Of a stretch of 32,000 nucleotides of DNA, positions 8,937 to 16,855 are shown piece after piece. Position 1 is the stretch's first letter. Each line of letters begins with the position of its first letter. The notes under the pieces were generated by a model. That model was given only the letters and a program-made list of their open reading frames with translations, was not told the origin of the DNA and made no database searches. This DNA is from Pyrodictium delaneyi (GTDB taxonomy: Archaea; Thermoproteota; Thermoprotei_A; Sulfolobales; Pyrodictiaceae), in contig NZ_CP013011.1 in NCBI RefSeq assembly GCF_001412615.1, positions 1,170,001 through 1,202,000 of the forward strand, written 5' to 3'. A program made the position numbers and the translations under genes.

Positions 8937-9968
8937 TCAGCCTCTCACATCCGGCATAACAGTTGCAGGTATTCCCAAGCGTTTAGAGACATAGGATGCA
9001 AAATAAGCAGCAGCCCTGCCACCACGATACCCGTCAACGATGAGCATTCTCGGCCTAGCCTCCTCGACGTAGCTGACAAGCTGGCGAAAATCAGCATGGT
9101 CGCTAAACGATACAATCCACTCACGGGGACTAACCCGGCGTAAGGGTTCCCGGAACTCCCAGCCAGTCAACAATATGTGTACAGGCCTCAAACCATTGCT
9201 AGGTAACACACGGCGACGGCGCCAGCTACTATAATGCCGGAACCCTATATACCAACCACTACGCTTAACTTCGCGAGCCTCACGAGTACCGTCAACAACC
9301 ACGTCACCAACACGATAGCCATGGCGCTCCAGCACAGAGACACTCCTGCCAACCCGCTGATTGACAAGAAACGGTGCGTCAACACCATGCCGCCTAAGCA
9401 GGAGCATAATCTCCTCAATCTTACCATAATAGCCATAAATGTACACTGGGCCGTACATCAATCCCTCCTGCACAACATCGGCCAGCAGTAAATCAATCTC
9501 TTCCTGCCACGGGCGTACCCACTCCTCGACCCCGTACGTAGCATCTATAACCAGCACGTCCAGCTCGTACAGTATATCAGTGCCAGGCAACTTAAAGTCA
9601 CCAGTATAGCCGACTCGTGTGCCATTAGCAAGCTCTACAACAACCTCGGCAGCACCCGGCACATGATTAGCCTGCTTAAGCGTCAGCACATCACCGTCAA
9701 TAGATACAGAGACACCATAGGGTAATACAAGCCTCTTACTGGGAGGAATCCTGTATCCAGACACCTCTAGCAGGTCTAGCGTCAGTGGAGTACCAGCTAT
9801 CAGTCCCAACTCTCGGATACTCCTAGAAAGTCCTACAATGTGATCTTGATGAATATGTGTCACTACACGGACGCTAAATCCAACAGCATGACCGTCAGCA
9901 ATAATATTAGTGCCAAGTACTATGGCACCCGTCTCCAACACACCAACAGTGCTTAGCGGTCTTTGCAA
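8937..9968 (-). CDS. metallo-beta-lactamase fold hydrolase, beta-CASP-like nuclease
   Basis: HxHxDH motif (THIHQDHIVG), later GDFK, and the C-terminal SFSDHADFRQL motif typical of beta-CASP/CPSF-like enzymes. Its stop is 5 nt before the gatC start, so the two are probably co-transcribed. Confidence 0.65.
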   Translation of the reverse strand: MQRPLSTVGVLETGAIVLGTNIIADGHAVGFSVRVVTHIHQDHIVGLSRSIRELGLIAGTPLTLDLLEVSGYRIPPSKRLVLPYGVSVSIDGDVLTLKQANHVPGAAEVVVELANGTRVGYTGDFKLPGTDILYELDVLVIDATYGVEEWVRPWQEEIDLLLADVVQEGLMYGPVYIYGYYGKIEEIMLLLRRHGVDAPFLVNQRVGRSVSVLERHGYRVGDVVVDGTREAREVKRSGWYIGFRHYSSWRRRRVLPSNGLRPVHILLTGWEFREPLRRVSPREWIVSFSDHADFRQLVSYVEEARPRMLIVDGYRGGRAAAYFASYVSKRLGIPATVMPDVRG

Positions 9969-10151
9969 CCCCTAATACTCCCTAGAATAATGGCTATACC
10001 GCTATGGTATTACAATTAAGCTTTGGCCCAACTCCACTATAGCTGATGCCGAGGTTCAAGGCTTATAAGAAGCAAGGACGGTGAGAAATGGTGATAATGT
10101 CTCTTGAGGGGAAAAAGGCAGCTAGGAGGGAAACCCTGGATATGGGCTTGT

Positions 10152-11168
10152 CTAGGCTTGCTTAGCGAAGCCGAAGGTTAGGTTGAAGAGCTGGTCTAGC
10201 TCTGCCTTGATCTCGTCTCTCTTCTCCTTAACGGCCTTCACTACGGCTTCTAGGGCGTTGTATGCTCTACTCGGTATCTTGCCGCGGAACCAGCTCACAT
10301 CCTTGGCCATGCCTACGCCAATGCTGTCGTACTTTATGCCGGTGAGTGGATCCTCTTCGCGCTCGTTGACTAGCTTGTCTATCTCTAGCACTAGTGTACC
10401 GCGTGCGAGCATGTAGTCGCCGTAGGGGTCGACGAGCTTTAGTACCTGCTTCTTAATCTTGCTTAGTATCCTTATGCCTAGGATCTTCTCCGGCGAGGGC
10501 CTTATCTTGGCCACCTGGAGAGCGCCGAGTAGTGCTACTATGCCGCTGAGGTCGCTGAAGGGCTCATACCATGGTCTTCCGCGGCCGCCGGCGGGCATCT
10601 GCTCGGCGCTGGCGCGTAGGAGCACCTGGCCGCTGAGCACAGTGTTGTAGGCGTAGGCCTTCTTGAACTTCTCGTCGAGTGCTATGTCTATGATGCTCTC
10701 AGCGTTGCTACCTACGAATAGCGTGTGGCGGGCAGGTGTATCGAACACAACACCCATGTAAAAGCCGAACATCACAGCAGCCTCTGGTCTGTCAGCGGCC
10801 TTGAACACTGTGTCGCCGAGCAAGGTCCTCTGTAGGGCGACGTCGCTTAGCCTCCTCGGGGCCTCGCTGTAGGCTATAACGCGGACTAGGCCGAAGCTCT
10901 GCATCATACGTAGGTAGTATAGTAGGTCGTTCATGCCGAAGTTCTTGAGAGCTACGTACTTCTCGCCGAGCATCTCTACGCGGACAATGCCGCCCACGAT
11001 TTCACTGACTTTCTTCGGCGGCTGGCCAGGCTCAGCGGCGCCTGCTAGCATGTCCTTGTAGAACTCTATTAGACCAGACACACCGCCCAGCTTACCCTGC
11101 GCTGCAGCGGCTAGCTCCTTGAACCTCCTAGGTACCCTAGCCTCTAGGGTCAGAGGGGGTAGCAGCAT
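10152..11168 (-). CDS. conserved-looking hypothetical protein (338 aa), function unknown
   Basis: Clean ORF with a strong G/C-ending codon preference. A TTTTTAA box (reverse strand, about 11207-11216) lies about 40 nt upstream of the ATG. The C-terminus is a coiled-coil-like helix (AVVKAVKEKRDEIKAELDQL). I found no motif I can name. Confidence 0.55.
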   Translation of the reverse strand: MLLPPLTLEARVPRRFKELAAAAQGKLGGVSGLIEFYKDMLAGAAEPGQPPKKVSEIVGGIVRVEMLGEKYVALKNFGMNDLLYYLRMMQSFGLVRVIAYSEAPRRLSDVALQRTLLGDTVFKAADRPEAAVMFGFYMGVVFDTPARHTLFVGSNAESIIDIALDEKFKKAYAYNTVLSGQVLLRASAEQMPAGGRGRPWYEPFSDLSGIVALLGALQVAKIRPSPEKILGIRILSKIKKQVLKLVDPYGDYMLARGTLVLEIDKLVNEREEDPLTGIKYDSIGVGMAKDVSWFRGKIPSRAYNALEAVVKAVKEKRDEIKAELDQLFNLTFGFAKQA

Positions 11169-11361
11169 ACTCCCACCACTCCACGTACAAGTACCTATGA
11201 AGCCAGGAGTTAAAAATTACCCTCTTCAACCCGGTATGCCGCTAATCCAGGACTAGCATGTTTAACAGAGACCAGGTGTATAATAACTCCGGTATTACGC
11301 TGGACAAGGCAAAACCACAGTTGTCTCAAAATTGGATAAGATAAACAAAAAGAGTAATATT

Positions 11362-12312
11362 TCAGTAACTCTGTGAGACGAGTACAGCAAGGAAGCTAAG
11401 CGTTACAAGCCAAGCACCAAGCACAACCACTCCTGCATTGGGATTAATTACAACAATACTCATAGCTATGGCGGAACCGAGAGAGGTTATAAACATGAGC
11501 CTCTTAAGAACAAGACGAGGATGAAGCGTCCTCGTTATTGATACTAGAATCCTGGCAGCGGTAGAACGGCGGACACGCATATACTCTGGCAAACGGTGCA
11601 ACAATTTCAAGCCATCACGAGTAAGCCTATAATAAACACGAGTTCTCCGGAAAGGCCCCCACCCACTATTGCGCAGAACACGGGCAAGAAGACGAGGCTC
11701 ACGCCTCGTGTAGACGGATAAGTATTCATCGAGCTGCCTCGACCCTACACGAGCAATGGCAGCCAAGTCTTCTAGCGGTAGCTCATAGCCGGGACTAGAA
11801 CCAAGCGCGACAATAACATCATAGAGATAAACATAGCGAGTAACGAAGGACAGTACATCATATACACTAGAAGCGTTATAACGAGAAGTTGTCATATCAC
11901 TGCTTATAGAATCTGTACCTGCGACGCTCCGAAGGATACCATATATCTCAATCCCTTTCTCGGTAAGCCGAATAAACCCATCATTAATGTCTACAAGCCC
12001 CTTGACTCTCATCTTACGTAAACTATCAAGTACAGCCTTACGCGGAACGTTTAGCGCAGCAACAACTTCATCTACATATGCACCATTCTCGCCAACAAGC
12101 ATCAATATATACAATTGAAGCCAGCCACGAGACAAGTCTATAACAGAGTCAACACGACGCAATAGCTCCAGCTTCTCGAAAAACCTGTTCTGCTGGACGA
12201 GCGTCTGTCGCGTAGCAGCCAAAGCAGTACCCCAGAGACTAGAGAAGAATACAGGAGGATGCAGTAGATTAAACCACCGTCGCCTACTCGCCACGAGACC
12301 ATGTAGAGTCAA
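11362..12312 (-). CDS. membrane-anchored winged-helix transcription regulator, ArnR-like (candidate archaellum regulator)
   Basis: There are two wHTH-like segments (YVDEVVAALNVPRKAVLDSLRKMRVKGLVDINDGFIRLTEKG and LEDLAAIARVGSRQLDEYL...YYRLTRDGLKLL). A C-terminal TM hairpin follows (LMFITSLGSAIAMSIVVI, loop NPNAG, VVVLGAWLVTLSFLAVLV). The gene is divergent from the archaellin gene. This architecture and position match the Sulfolobus one-component archaellum activator ArnR. The start is uncertain (TTG 12312 or GTG 12294; there is no early ATG). Confidence 0.5.
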   Translation of the reverse strand: MTLHGLVASRRRWFNLLHPPVFFSSLWGTALAATRQTLVQQNRFFEKLELLRRVDSVIDLSRGWLQLYILMLVGENGAYVDEVVAALNVPRKAVLDSLRKMRVKGLVDINDGFIRLTEKGIEIYGILRSVAGTDSISSDMTTSRYNASSVYDVLSFVTRYVYLYDVIVALGSSPGYELPLEDLAAIARVGSRQLDEYLSVYTRREPRLLARVLRNSGWGPFRRTRVYYRLTRDGLKLLHRLPEYMRVRRSTAARILVSITRTLHPRLVLKRLMFITSLGSAIAMSIVVINPNAGVVVLGAWLVTLSFLAVLVSQSY

Positions 12313-12326
12313 TGTTAAAACTCAGC

Positions 12327-12341
12327 TCGCCCACTGGGCGA
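12327..12341. promoter_or_regulatory. 15-nt palindrome flanked by two TTAAAAC boxes in the divergent regulator/arlB intergenic region
   Basis: TCGCCCA c TGGGCGA has perfect 7-bp arms. TTAAAAC occurs at 12315-12321 and again at 12356-12362. The second box is a plausible arlB TATA element, with GAGGTG at 12428-12433 as the SD before ATG 12443. Confidence 0.35.
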
Positions 12342-12442
12342 CACCAAGCCACCAGCTTAAAACAAACAGGAAACCCTCACATAGCACGGCCAAACAACCA
12401 GAAGAAAAAGGTGTACACCCCAGAAGCGAGGTGGTCTGGAAC

Positions 12443-13075
12443 ATGGCCCGTATGAGAGGTATAGTAGGTATAGAGGCAGCAATAGTACTAATAGCGTTCG
12501 TCCTCGTCGCGAGCGCGCTAGCATTCGTAGCAATCAACATGGGTATGTTCGCTAGCCAGAAGAGCAAGGAAGTAATGGCCAAGGCATACGAGTCCAGCAC
12601 ACGAGCACTCGACATAGCGGGAGACGCAATAGCAAAGGTAGACACAGCAACCAGTACTGTAACTATGGTATATGTACCAATAAAGCTAACGGCTGGTACA
12701 AGCCCCATAGACCTAAGCAAAACTGTAGTATCCCTCCTCATACAGAGGCCTGACGCAGCCGACAAGGCTATAGCCAACGCGATACCAACACCCCCAACAG
12801 CTCTAACAACACTGACAGATCTAGGTGCCACCGGCACGATAAACAGTTATGAGGCAAAGTGGTTCATATCTCTAGGTGACACGAACACGCTACTTGAGCC
12901 TGGTGAGCTAGCAATACTAGCCATAAACGTCACTGATACTACAGCTGGCGGTCTACCAGCATACAGCGCTGTACAGGTAGAGATAAAGCCACCAGTAGGT
13001 GCACCCCTAGTAGTAAAGTATCAGATACCACCCGTACTAACAAGCGACTACATAGACCTAGTAGTTGGTGGTTAA
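12443..13075 (+). CDS. arlB: archaellin (archaeal flagellin) with class III signal peptide
   Basis: The N-terminus MARMRG|IVGIEAAIVLIAFVLVASALAFV is the canonical prepilin-peptidase site plus hydrophobic helix of archaellins. The gene heads the arlX-like/G/F/H/I/J cluster. The ORF track lists GTG 12431. ATG 12443 has GAGGTG upstream. Confidence 0.9.
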   Translation: MARMRGIVGIEAAIVLIAFVLVASALAFVAINMGMFASQKSKEVMAKAYESSTRALDIAGDAIAKVDTATSTVTMVYVPIKLTAGTSPIDLSKTVVSLLIQRPDAADKAIANAIPTPPTALTTLTDLGATGTINSYEAKWFISLGDTNTLLEPGELAILAINVTDTTAGGLPAYSAVQVEIKPPVGAPLVVKYQIPPVLTSDYIDLVVGG

Positions 13076-13132
13076 TCTGTATAGTACTATAGCTAACTAG
13101 TTAAGTTACAGCATACAGGGGGTGGGAAGGAA

Positions 13133-13963
13133 ATGCACCTATCGGTTTTTTGTGCACCCCGTTTCCGGGGACAATTCAGGCTTCGTGGTGCCTCGATACC
13201 CGAGCATGTAATTATATTTACTGCCTTTATAGTTACATTAGTTGCTTTTACAGTTGTATTTACGACGTTTGTAAAACATCTAGGTTCCGGGGATAGTGGA
13301 AGCTACCAGTTACAGATACTTAGAGTCGATGGGGTTTTCGTAAATAGTAGCCTATACCGGGTAGATATTAGGCTTGCAAACCCCATTTCACTGTATGAAA
13401 TCGACAATGTATCGCTTAATATCGATGGATCTGTATATAGCTTTGATAGCTTTAAAGTAATAGGTCGCTTTGGATCGTTCATGCTCTATGGTGCGGTGCT
13501 GCCAGATGGATTTAGGAGTACAGTAGTGGAGTACAACAGTTTCAAATATGCTACGGAAGTATATATAGATGAAAATGGTATACCCCATGTAGGTATAAAG
13601 AAAATGGGTAGAATGTTAGTGGAATTCACTGGTACCGGAATATGTCGTATAGAGGCGGCTAGCCCGGTAATTGATTGTATACCGCTACTGTTAGCAAAAC
13701 TGGGGCCGACAGATGCCTTCAGGGATGTGCCTGTAGTTATACTAGCCTATACGTTACGTAGGCCTATGCTAGTACTAAGCGGGTTTAACAGCACTATAGA
13801 TGTTGTGACTGTGCTTATACCAGTTGGTAGTGGTAGTGGCGGTTTCCTAATGAATATGAGTGTTAATGATACAACCTACCGTATAGTAGTTGATGGTGTA
13901 TCTGCACGTGCACCCAGAGATAGTGGAATAGTTGAATTGGTGTATAGCATTGAGCGGGGCTAG
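13133..13963 (+). CDS. hypothetical membrane-anchored protein with a class III-like (prepilin-type) N-terminus, embedded in the archaellum operon
   Basis: 276 aa. The N-terminus ...FRLRG|ASIPEHVIIFTAFIVTLVAFTVVFTTFV resembles a PibD/FlaK-type site followed by a hydrophobic helix, and the rest is beta-rich. It is visibly more AT-rich than arlB. It has several N-x-S/T sequons (NSSL, NVSL, NSTI, NMSV). Confidence 0.5.
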   Translation: MHLSVFCAPRFRGQFRLRGASIPEHVIIFTAFIVTLVAFTVVFTTFVKHLGSGDSGSYQLQILRVDGVFVNSSLYRVDIRLANPISLYEIDNVSLNIDGSVYSFDSFKVIGRFGSFMLYGAVLPDGFRSTVVEYNSFKYATEVYIDENGIPHVGIKKMGRMLVEFTGTGICRIEAASPVIDCIPLLLAKLGPTDAFRDVPVVILAYTLRRPMLVLSGFNSTIDVVTVLIPVGSGSGGFLMNMSVNDTTYRIVVDGVSARAPRDSGIVELVYSIERG

Positions 13964-13982
13964 AACACTCGTAATACTCTAT

Positions 13983-14174
13983 ATGTTAATAGGAGTCATA
14001 CTGGCTATTATTGGTGTGCTTGGAGCTTACCTAGTTAATACTGGCGTGGTTGTGGTAGATGGAACTACGATGCAGATGGTGGTGCTTCTTGCTAGCATTG
14101 TACTGTTTGTGATAGGTTTGCACTGGGTAGTGGTAGGTATTGCTAGCTTACGTGGAGCAAGCCAGGGGGTATGA
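13983..14174 (+). CDS. small two-TM membrane protein
   Basis: MLIGVILAIIGVLGAYLV ... MQMVVLLASIVLFVIGLHWVVVGIA gives two hydrophobic helices in 63 aa. The ORF track starts at TTG 13932, overlapping the upstream gene. ATG 13983 avoids that overlap. Whether it is truly coding is uncertain. Confidence 0.35.
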   Translation: MLIGVILAIIGVLGAYLVNTGVVVVDGTTMQMVVLLASIVLFVIGLHWVVVGIASLRGASQGV

Positions 14175-14328
14175 TACGGTGTTAATAGTTTTGCGCTTCT
14201 ACGCTACATGGGAGGTAGAGAAACATTTGATAAAGTCTGCTTGGCAAGTATTATAAGTTGGAGTGCCTTAGCTCGTAGAATACTCGCCCCCGGCCCACCC
14301 TAATATGCATTGATGAGAGGGATTGTGT

Positions 14329-15066
14329 ATGGCCGTGTGGCGGTGTAGTTGCCCGATATGCCGGCTACTAGTACACCCGGTACTACGGAGGGCCGGGGGT
14401 AGCTCTGCAGCCGAAGCTAGGCCGGGAGCAACTGTAGCAGAGCAAGAGGCCCCTAAGCCCCAGGGGCTAGGAGAGATAATGGGTGGGCCGGGGGCCGAGG
14501 CAGAAACTGTAGGCGGGACACCTGGTATGCAAACACCTCCTCTAGCTCAACCGCAGCAGCCAGTGATAACAGAAGAGATAATGGAAGGCTTGGCGGCCAA
14601 GATAAGTGAAGGTATTCGTGAGGTTCTAGAGGGGAGTAACAAGGTTCTGGTGGAACGCCTTGAAAGGATAGAAGAGAATGTTGGTAAGCTACGTAAGGAG
14701 ATTCAAGGTCTAGTATCCAGCATGGAGAATATGATTGTTGAGTTTCGTGAAGCTCTTTCTGAGTTGAACAATCCCTTCGCCATGGCGTCTAGACCGGGTA
14801 TAGGACCGGCTGTTCTGGGTGGTGCCCATCCGCCGTTACCAGGCAACGGTGATAGCAAACTGGTAGCGTTAGTCCAGTCTCTACGGCAACTTATCGAACA
14901 AGTAGGACTAAAAACCGTAGAAGAATTGATAGACGAATATGTAAAGGCGGGCGTCTTAAAAGAGGAGGAGGCCCGCAAGATTAAGGCGATTGCACGGACG
15001 CTCGATAAGCTACGTGGTAAGAAACTTGACGAATCGACGTTAATCCCTCTCCTTGTCTCCGGCTAA
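14329..15066 (+). CDS. arlX: ArlX-like archaellum accessory protein (FlaC_arch-type coiled coil)
   Basis: The coiled coil VERLERIEENVGKLRKEIQGLVSSMENMIVEFREALSELNNPF ends in NPF as in the FlaC_arch domain of FlaX/FlaC/D/E. The C-terminal helical domain is LIEQVGLKTVEELIDEYVKAGVLKEEEARKI. The gene sits between arlB and arlG as in crenarchaeal operons. ATG 14329 is preceded by GAGAGGG. The N-terminal 80 aa are Pro/Gly/Ala-rich with no TM helix. Confidence 0.6.
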   Translation: MAVWRCSCPICRLLVHPVLRRAGGSSAAEARPGATVAEQEAPKPQGLGEIMGGPGAEAETVGGTPGMQTPPLAQPQQPVITEEIMEGLAAKISEGIREVLEGSNKVLVERLERIEENVGKLRKEIQGLVSSMENMIVEFREALSELNNPFAMASRPGIGPAVLGGAHPPLPGNGDSKLVALVQSLRQLIEQVGLKTVEELIDEYVKAGVLKEEEARKIKAIARTLDKLRGKKLDESTLIPLLVSG

Positions 15067-15097
15067 ACTCTACCCCTAGTAATCTAGGTGTAGAACT

Positions 15098-15589
15098 ATG
15101 AGAGCGCTGTCAGCGCCATTAACAGAAGCAATACTCGTAGTGGCAGCTATAACTGCAGCAATGGTAGTCGCGAGCGCAGTACTGTATAACGCATCCTACA
15201 TAAGCAACCGCATGGCTGCAGCAGGCGCTGAGGCAGGAAAATACATTAGCGAACGCGTAGCGTTTGTGTATGCATTCGTTAATTCATCTGACAACTGTCA
15301 CCACATATTTCTGAAGAACGTTGGTGACACCGTCATAGGTGATATAGGTTCATCCACACTTATAATTGGTAATAACACCTATGCAATACTACTCAACTAC
15401 AATCCCTCAGGAGCCTCTTCTGGCTGTGGATGCTGGAGCTATACAGAGGTTGAGAACCCTAACGGTGTCTGGGAGCCGCGCGAGACCATAGAAGTGTTAG
15501 CATGCCCACCTACAGTGATTGAGCCTCCGTATCGCTTTGTCATGACGCTGTCTAGTGGTGTAAAGCTGTCAGAAAGCTACACTGGGTGA
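15098..15589 (+). CDS. arlG: archaellum stator-like protein ArlG (FlaG)
   Basis: N-terminal hydrophobic helix (LTEAILVVAAITAAMVVASAVL) plus a beta-rich soluble domain (FLKNVGDTVIGDIGSSTLIIGN). It is in the operon position before arlF and arlH. Confidence 0.7.
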   Translation: MRALSAPLTEAILVVAAITAAMVVASAVLYNASYISNRMAAAGAEAGKYISERVAFVYAFVNSSDNCHHIFLKNVGDTVIGDIGSSTLIIGNNTYAILLNYNPSGASSGCGCWSYTEVENPNGVWEPRETIEVLACPPTVIEPPYRFVMTLSSGVKLSESYTG

Positions 15590-15594
15590 CGACA

Positions 15595-16101
15595 ATGACA
15601 TCTACTGTCATAGGAATAGCCCTAGGCTTGCTCATACTAGTACTGTCTGTTGTATGGTTTGCCAGTATATGGAACAACTATGTAATGACTTTTGCAGCTG
15701 GACTCCGTGAATTATCCGAGTATGTCAGCTATAGATCTAAGGCGTCATTTAAGGTAGTCAATGCAAGTCTCATTTCGGGTACAACGATAGAGGCGTATGT
15801 TGAAAACAATGGCGGCGTTGATGTAATAATAGACAATAGCTCAATAGTCATTGCTGTTTACATTAATGCTAGCGTTGAGAGGCGTGACATCGGGGTATAC
15901 GGGAAAGACTGGATAGTAGATCAAGTAGTAGTCGGCACATTGTCTCGCTCTATCGCGCCAGGCGAACCATTCTCACTAGAACCTGGAGCATTAATGCACC
16001 TAGTCTTCAATATAACTCGTATACCCGATGCTAACACCTCTATTCGTTTCATAATCAGTGATGGGAAGGGGGTGGTTGCTACTTATGTCTTCCAAAGCTA
16101 G
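15595..16101 (+). CDS. arlF: archaellum stator-like protein ArlF (FlaF)
   Basis: N-terminal TM helix (VIGIALGLLILVLSVVWFASI) plus a beta-sandwich-like domain (IEAYVENNGGVDVIIDNSSIVIAVYIN). It is a paralogous architecture to ArlG. The alternative start GTG 15586 overlaps the arlG stop (GTGA). ATG 15595 has GGGTGA upstream. Confidence 0.7.
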   Translation: MTSTVIGIALGLLILVLSVVWFASIWNNYVMTFAAGLRELSEYVSYRSKASFKVVNASLISGTTIEAYVENNGGVDVIIDNSSIVIAVYINASVERRDIGVYGKDWIVDQVVVGTLSRSIAPGEPFSLEPGALMHLVFNITRIPDANTSIRFIISDGKGVVATYVFQS

Positions 16102-16813
16102 CCTCAAGGGGCTCACGATATTCTCAACGGGTAACGAGGAGCTTGATAGCCGACTGGGTGGAGGGGTACCACATCCAGCATTCGTTATAATTGAAGGTGA
16201 AAACGGTACAGCAAAGACAACGTTTGCTGCACAACTCGCACTTGGTGCTTTACAAGCAGGTTTTCGTGTAGTATTCTTTACTACCGAGTCTACAGTGAAA
16301 CAGCTACTTGCTCAGACTAGAAACGTGACTATAGACTTAACAAAGTACTACATTAAGGGGCAGCTAGTCATATATAGTAGTTACCTTAAGAGTGTAACGT
16401 GGAGTCCCGAGTGGGTAAAGGAGAGCTTTAATGCGCTCCTTAGCTTTCTAGCTGAGAACCGTGGAGGCTTCCAGGTTGCCATAATCGATTCTCTTACGCC
16501 CCTATTAGAATATCTGGAGCCGGGAGACATATCGCGCTTGATATACATAGCACGGCTCCTCGCAGCTGACGGCTCGTCACTCATAGTTACTACACATAGT
16601 GGAGTAATTGATGAAAAAATAGCTAAACACCTTAAAGCGGCGGCAGATGTCTACTATCAACTTAGCCTCGCAAGTGTTGGTGGGAAACAAGTAAAGGTGC
16701 TCAAAGTAGTTAAAGCTAGAGGAGTGCCAGACGTAGTAGAGGGTACAGTAGCCTTCGATGTAGACCCAGCCTTCGGAATCAAAATAGTGCCAATAGTTGT
16801 GGCACAAGCATAA
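16085..16813 (+). CDS. arlH: ArlH (FlaH), KaiC/RecA-like ATP-binding protein
   Basis: GNEELDSRLGGGVPHPAFVIIEGENGTAKTT is a Walker A in KaiC/RecA context. The gene lies directly upstream of arlI. The alternative upstream ATG 16058 overlaps arlF further. Confidence 0.85.
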   Translation: MSSKASLKGLTIFSTGNEELDSRLGGGVPHPAFVIIEGENGTAKTTFAAQLALGALQAGFRVVFFTTESTVKQLLAQTRNVTIDLTKYYIKGQLVIYSSYLKSVTWSPEWVKESFNALLSFLAENRGGFQVAIIDSLTPLLEYLEPGDISRLIYIARLLAADGSSLIVTTHSGVIDEKIAKHLKAAADVYYQLSLASVGGKQVKVLKVVKARGVPDVVEGTVAFDVDPAFGIKIVPIVVAQA

Positions 16814-16855
16814 GCTATAGATGATTCTTAGTGTATTTAGACATGTACTGTAGAG

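Noticed and set aside
12322-12837. 171-aa ORF on the minus strand between the ArnR-like gene and arlB
   Set aside because: It lies largely antisense to the archaellin gene, whose identity is unambiguous, and covers the promoter region. Its Ala/Ser/Thr/Leu-rich composition is what the reverse frame of an archaellin gives. It is a shadow ORF.
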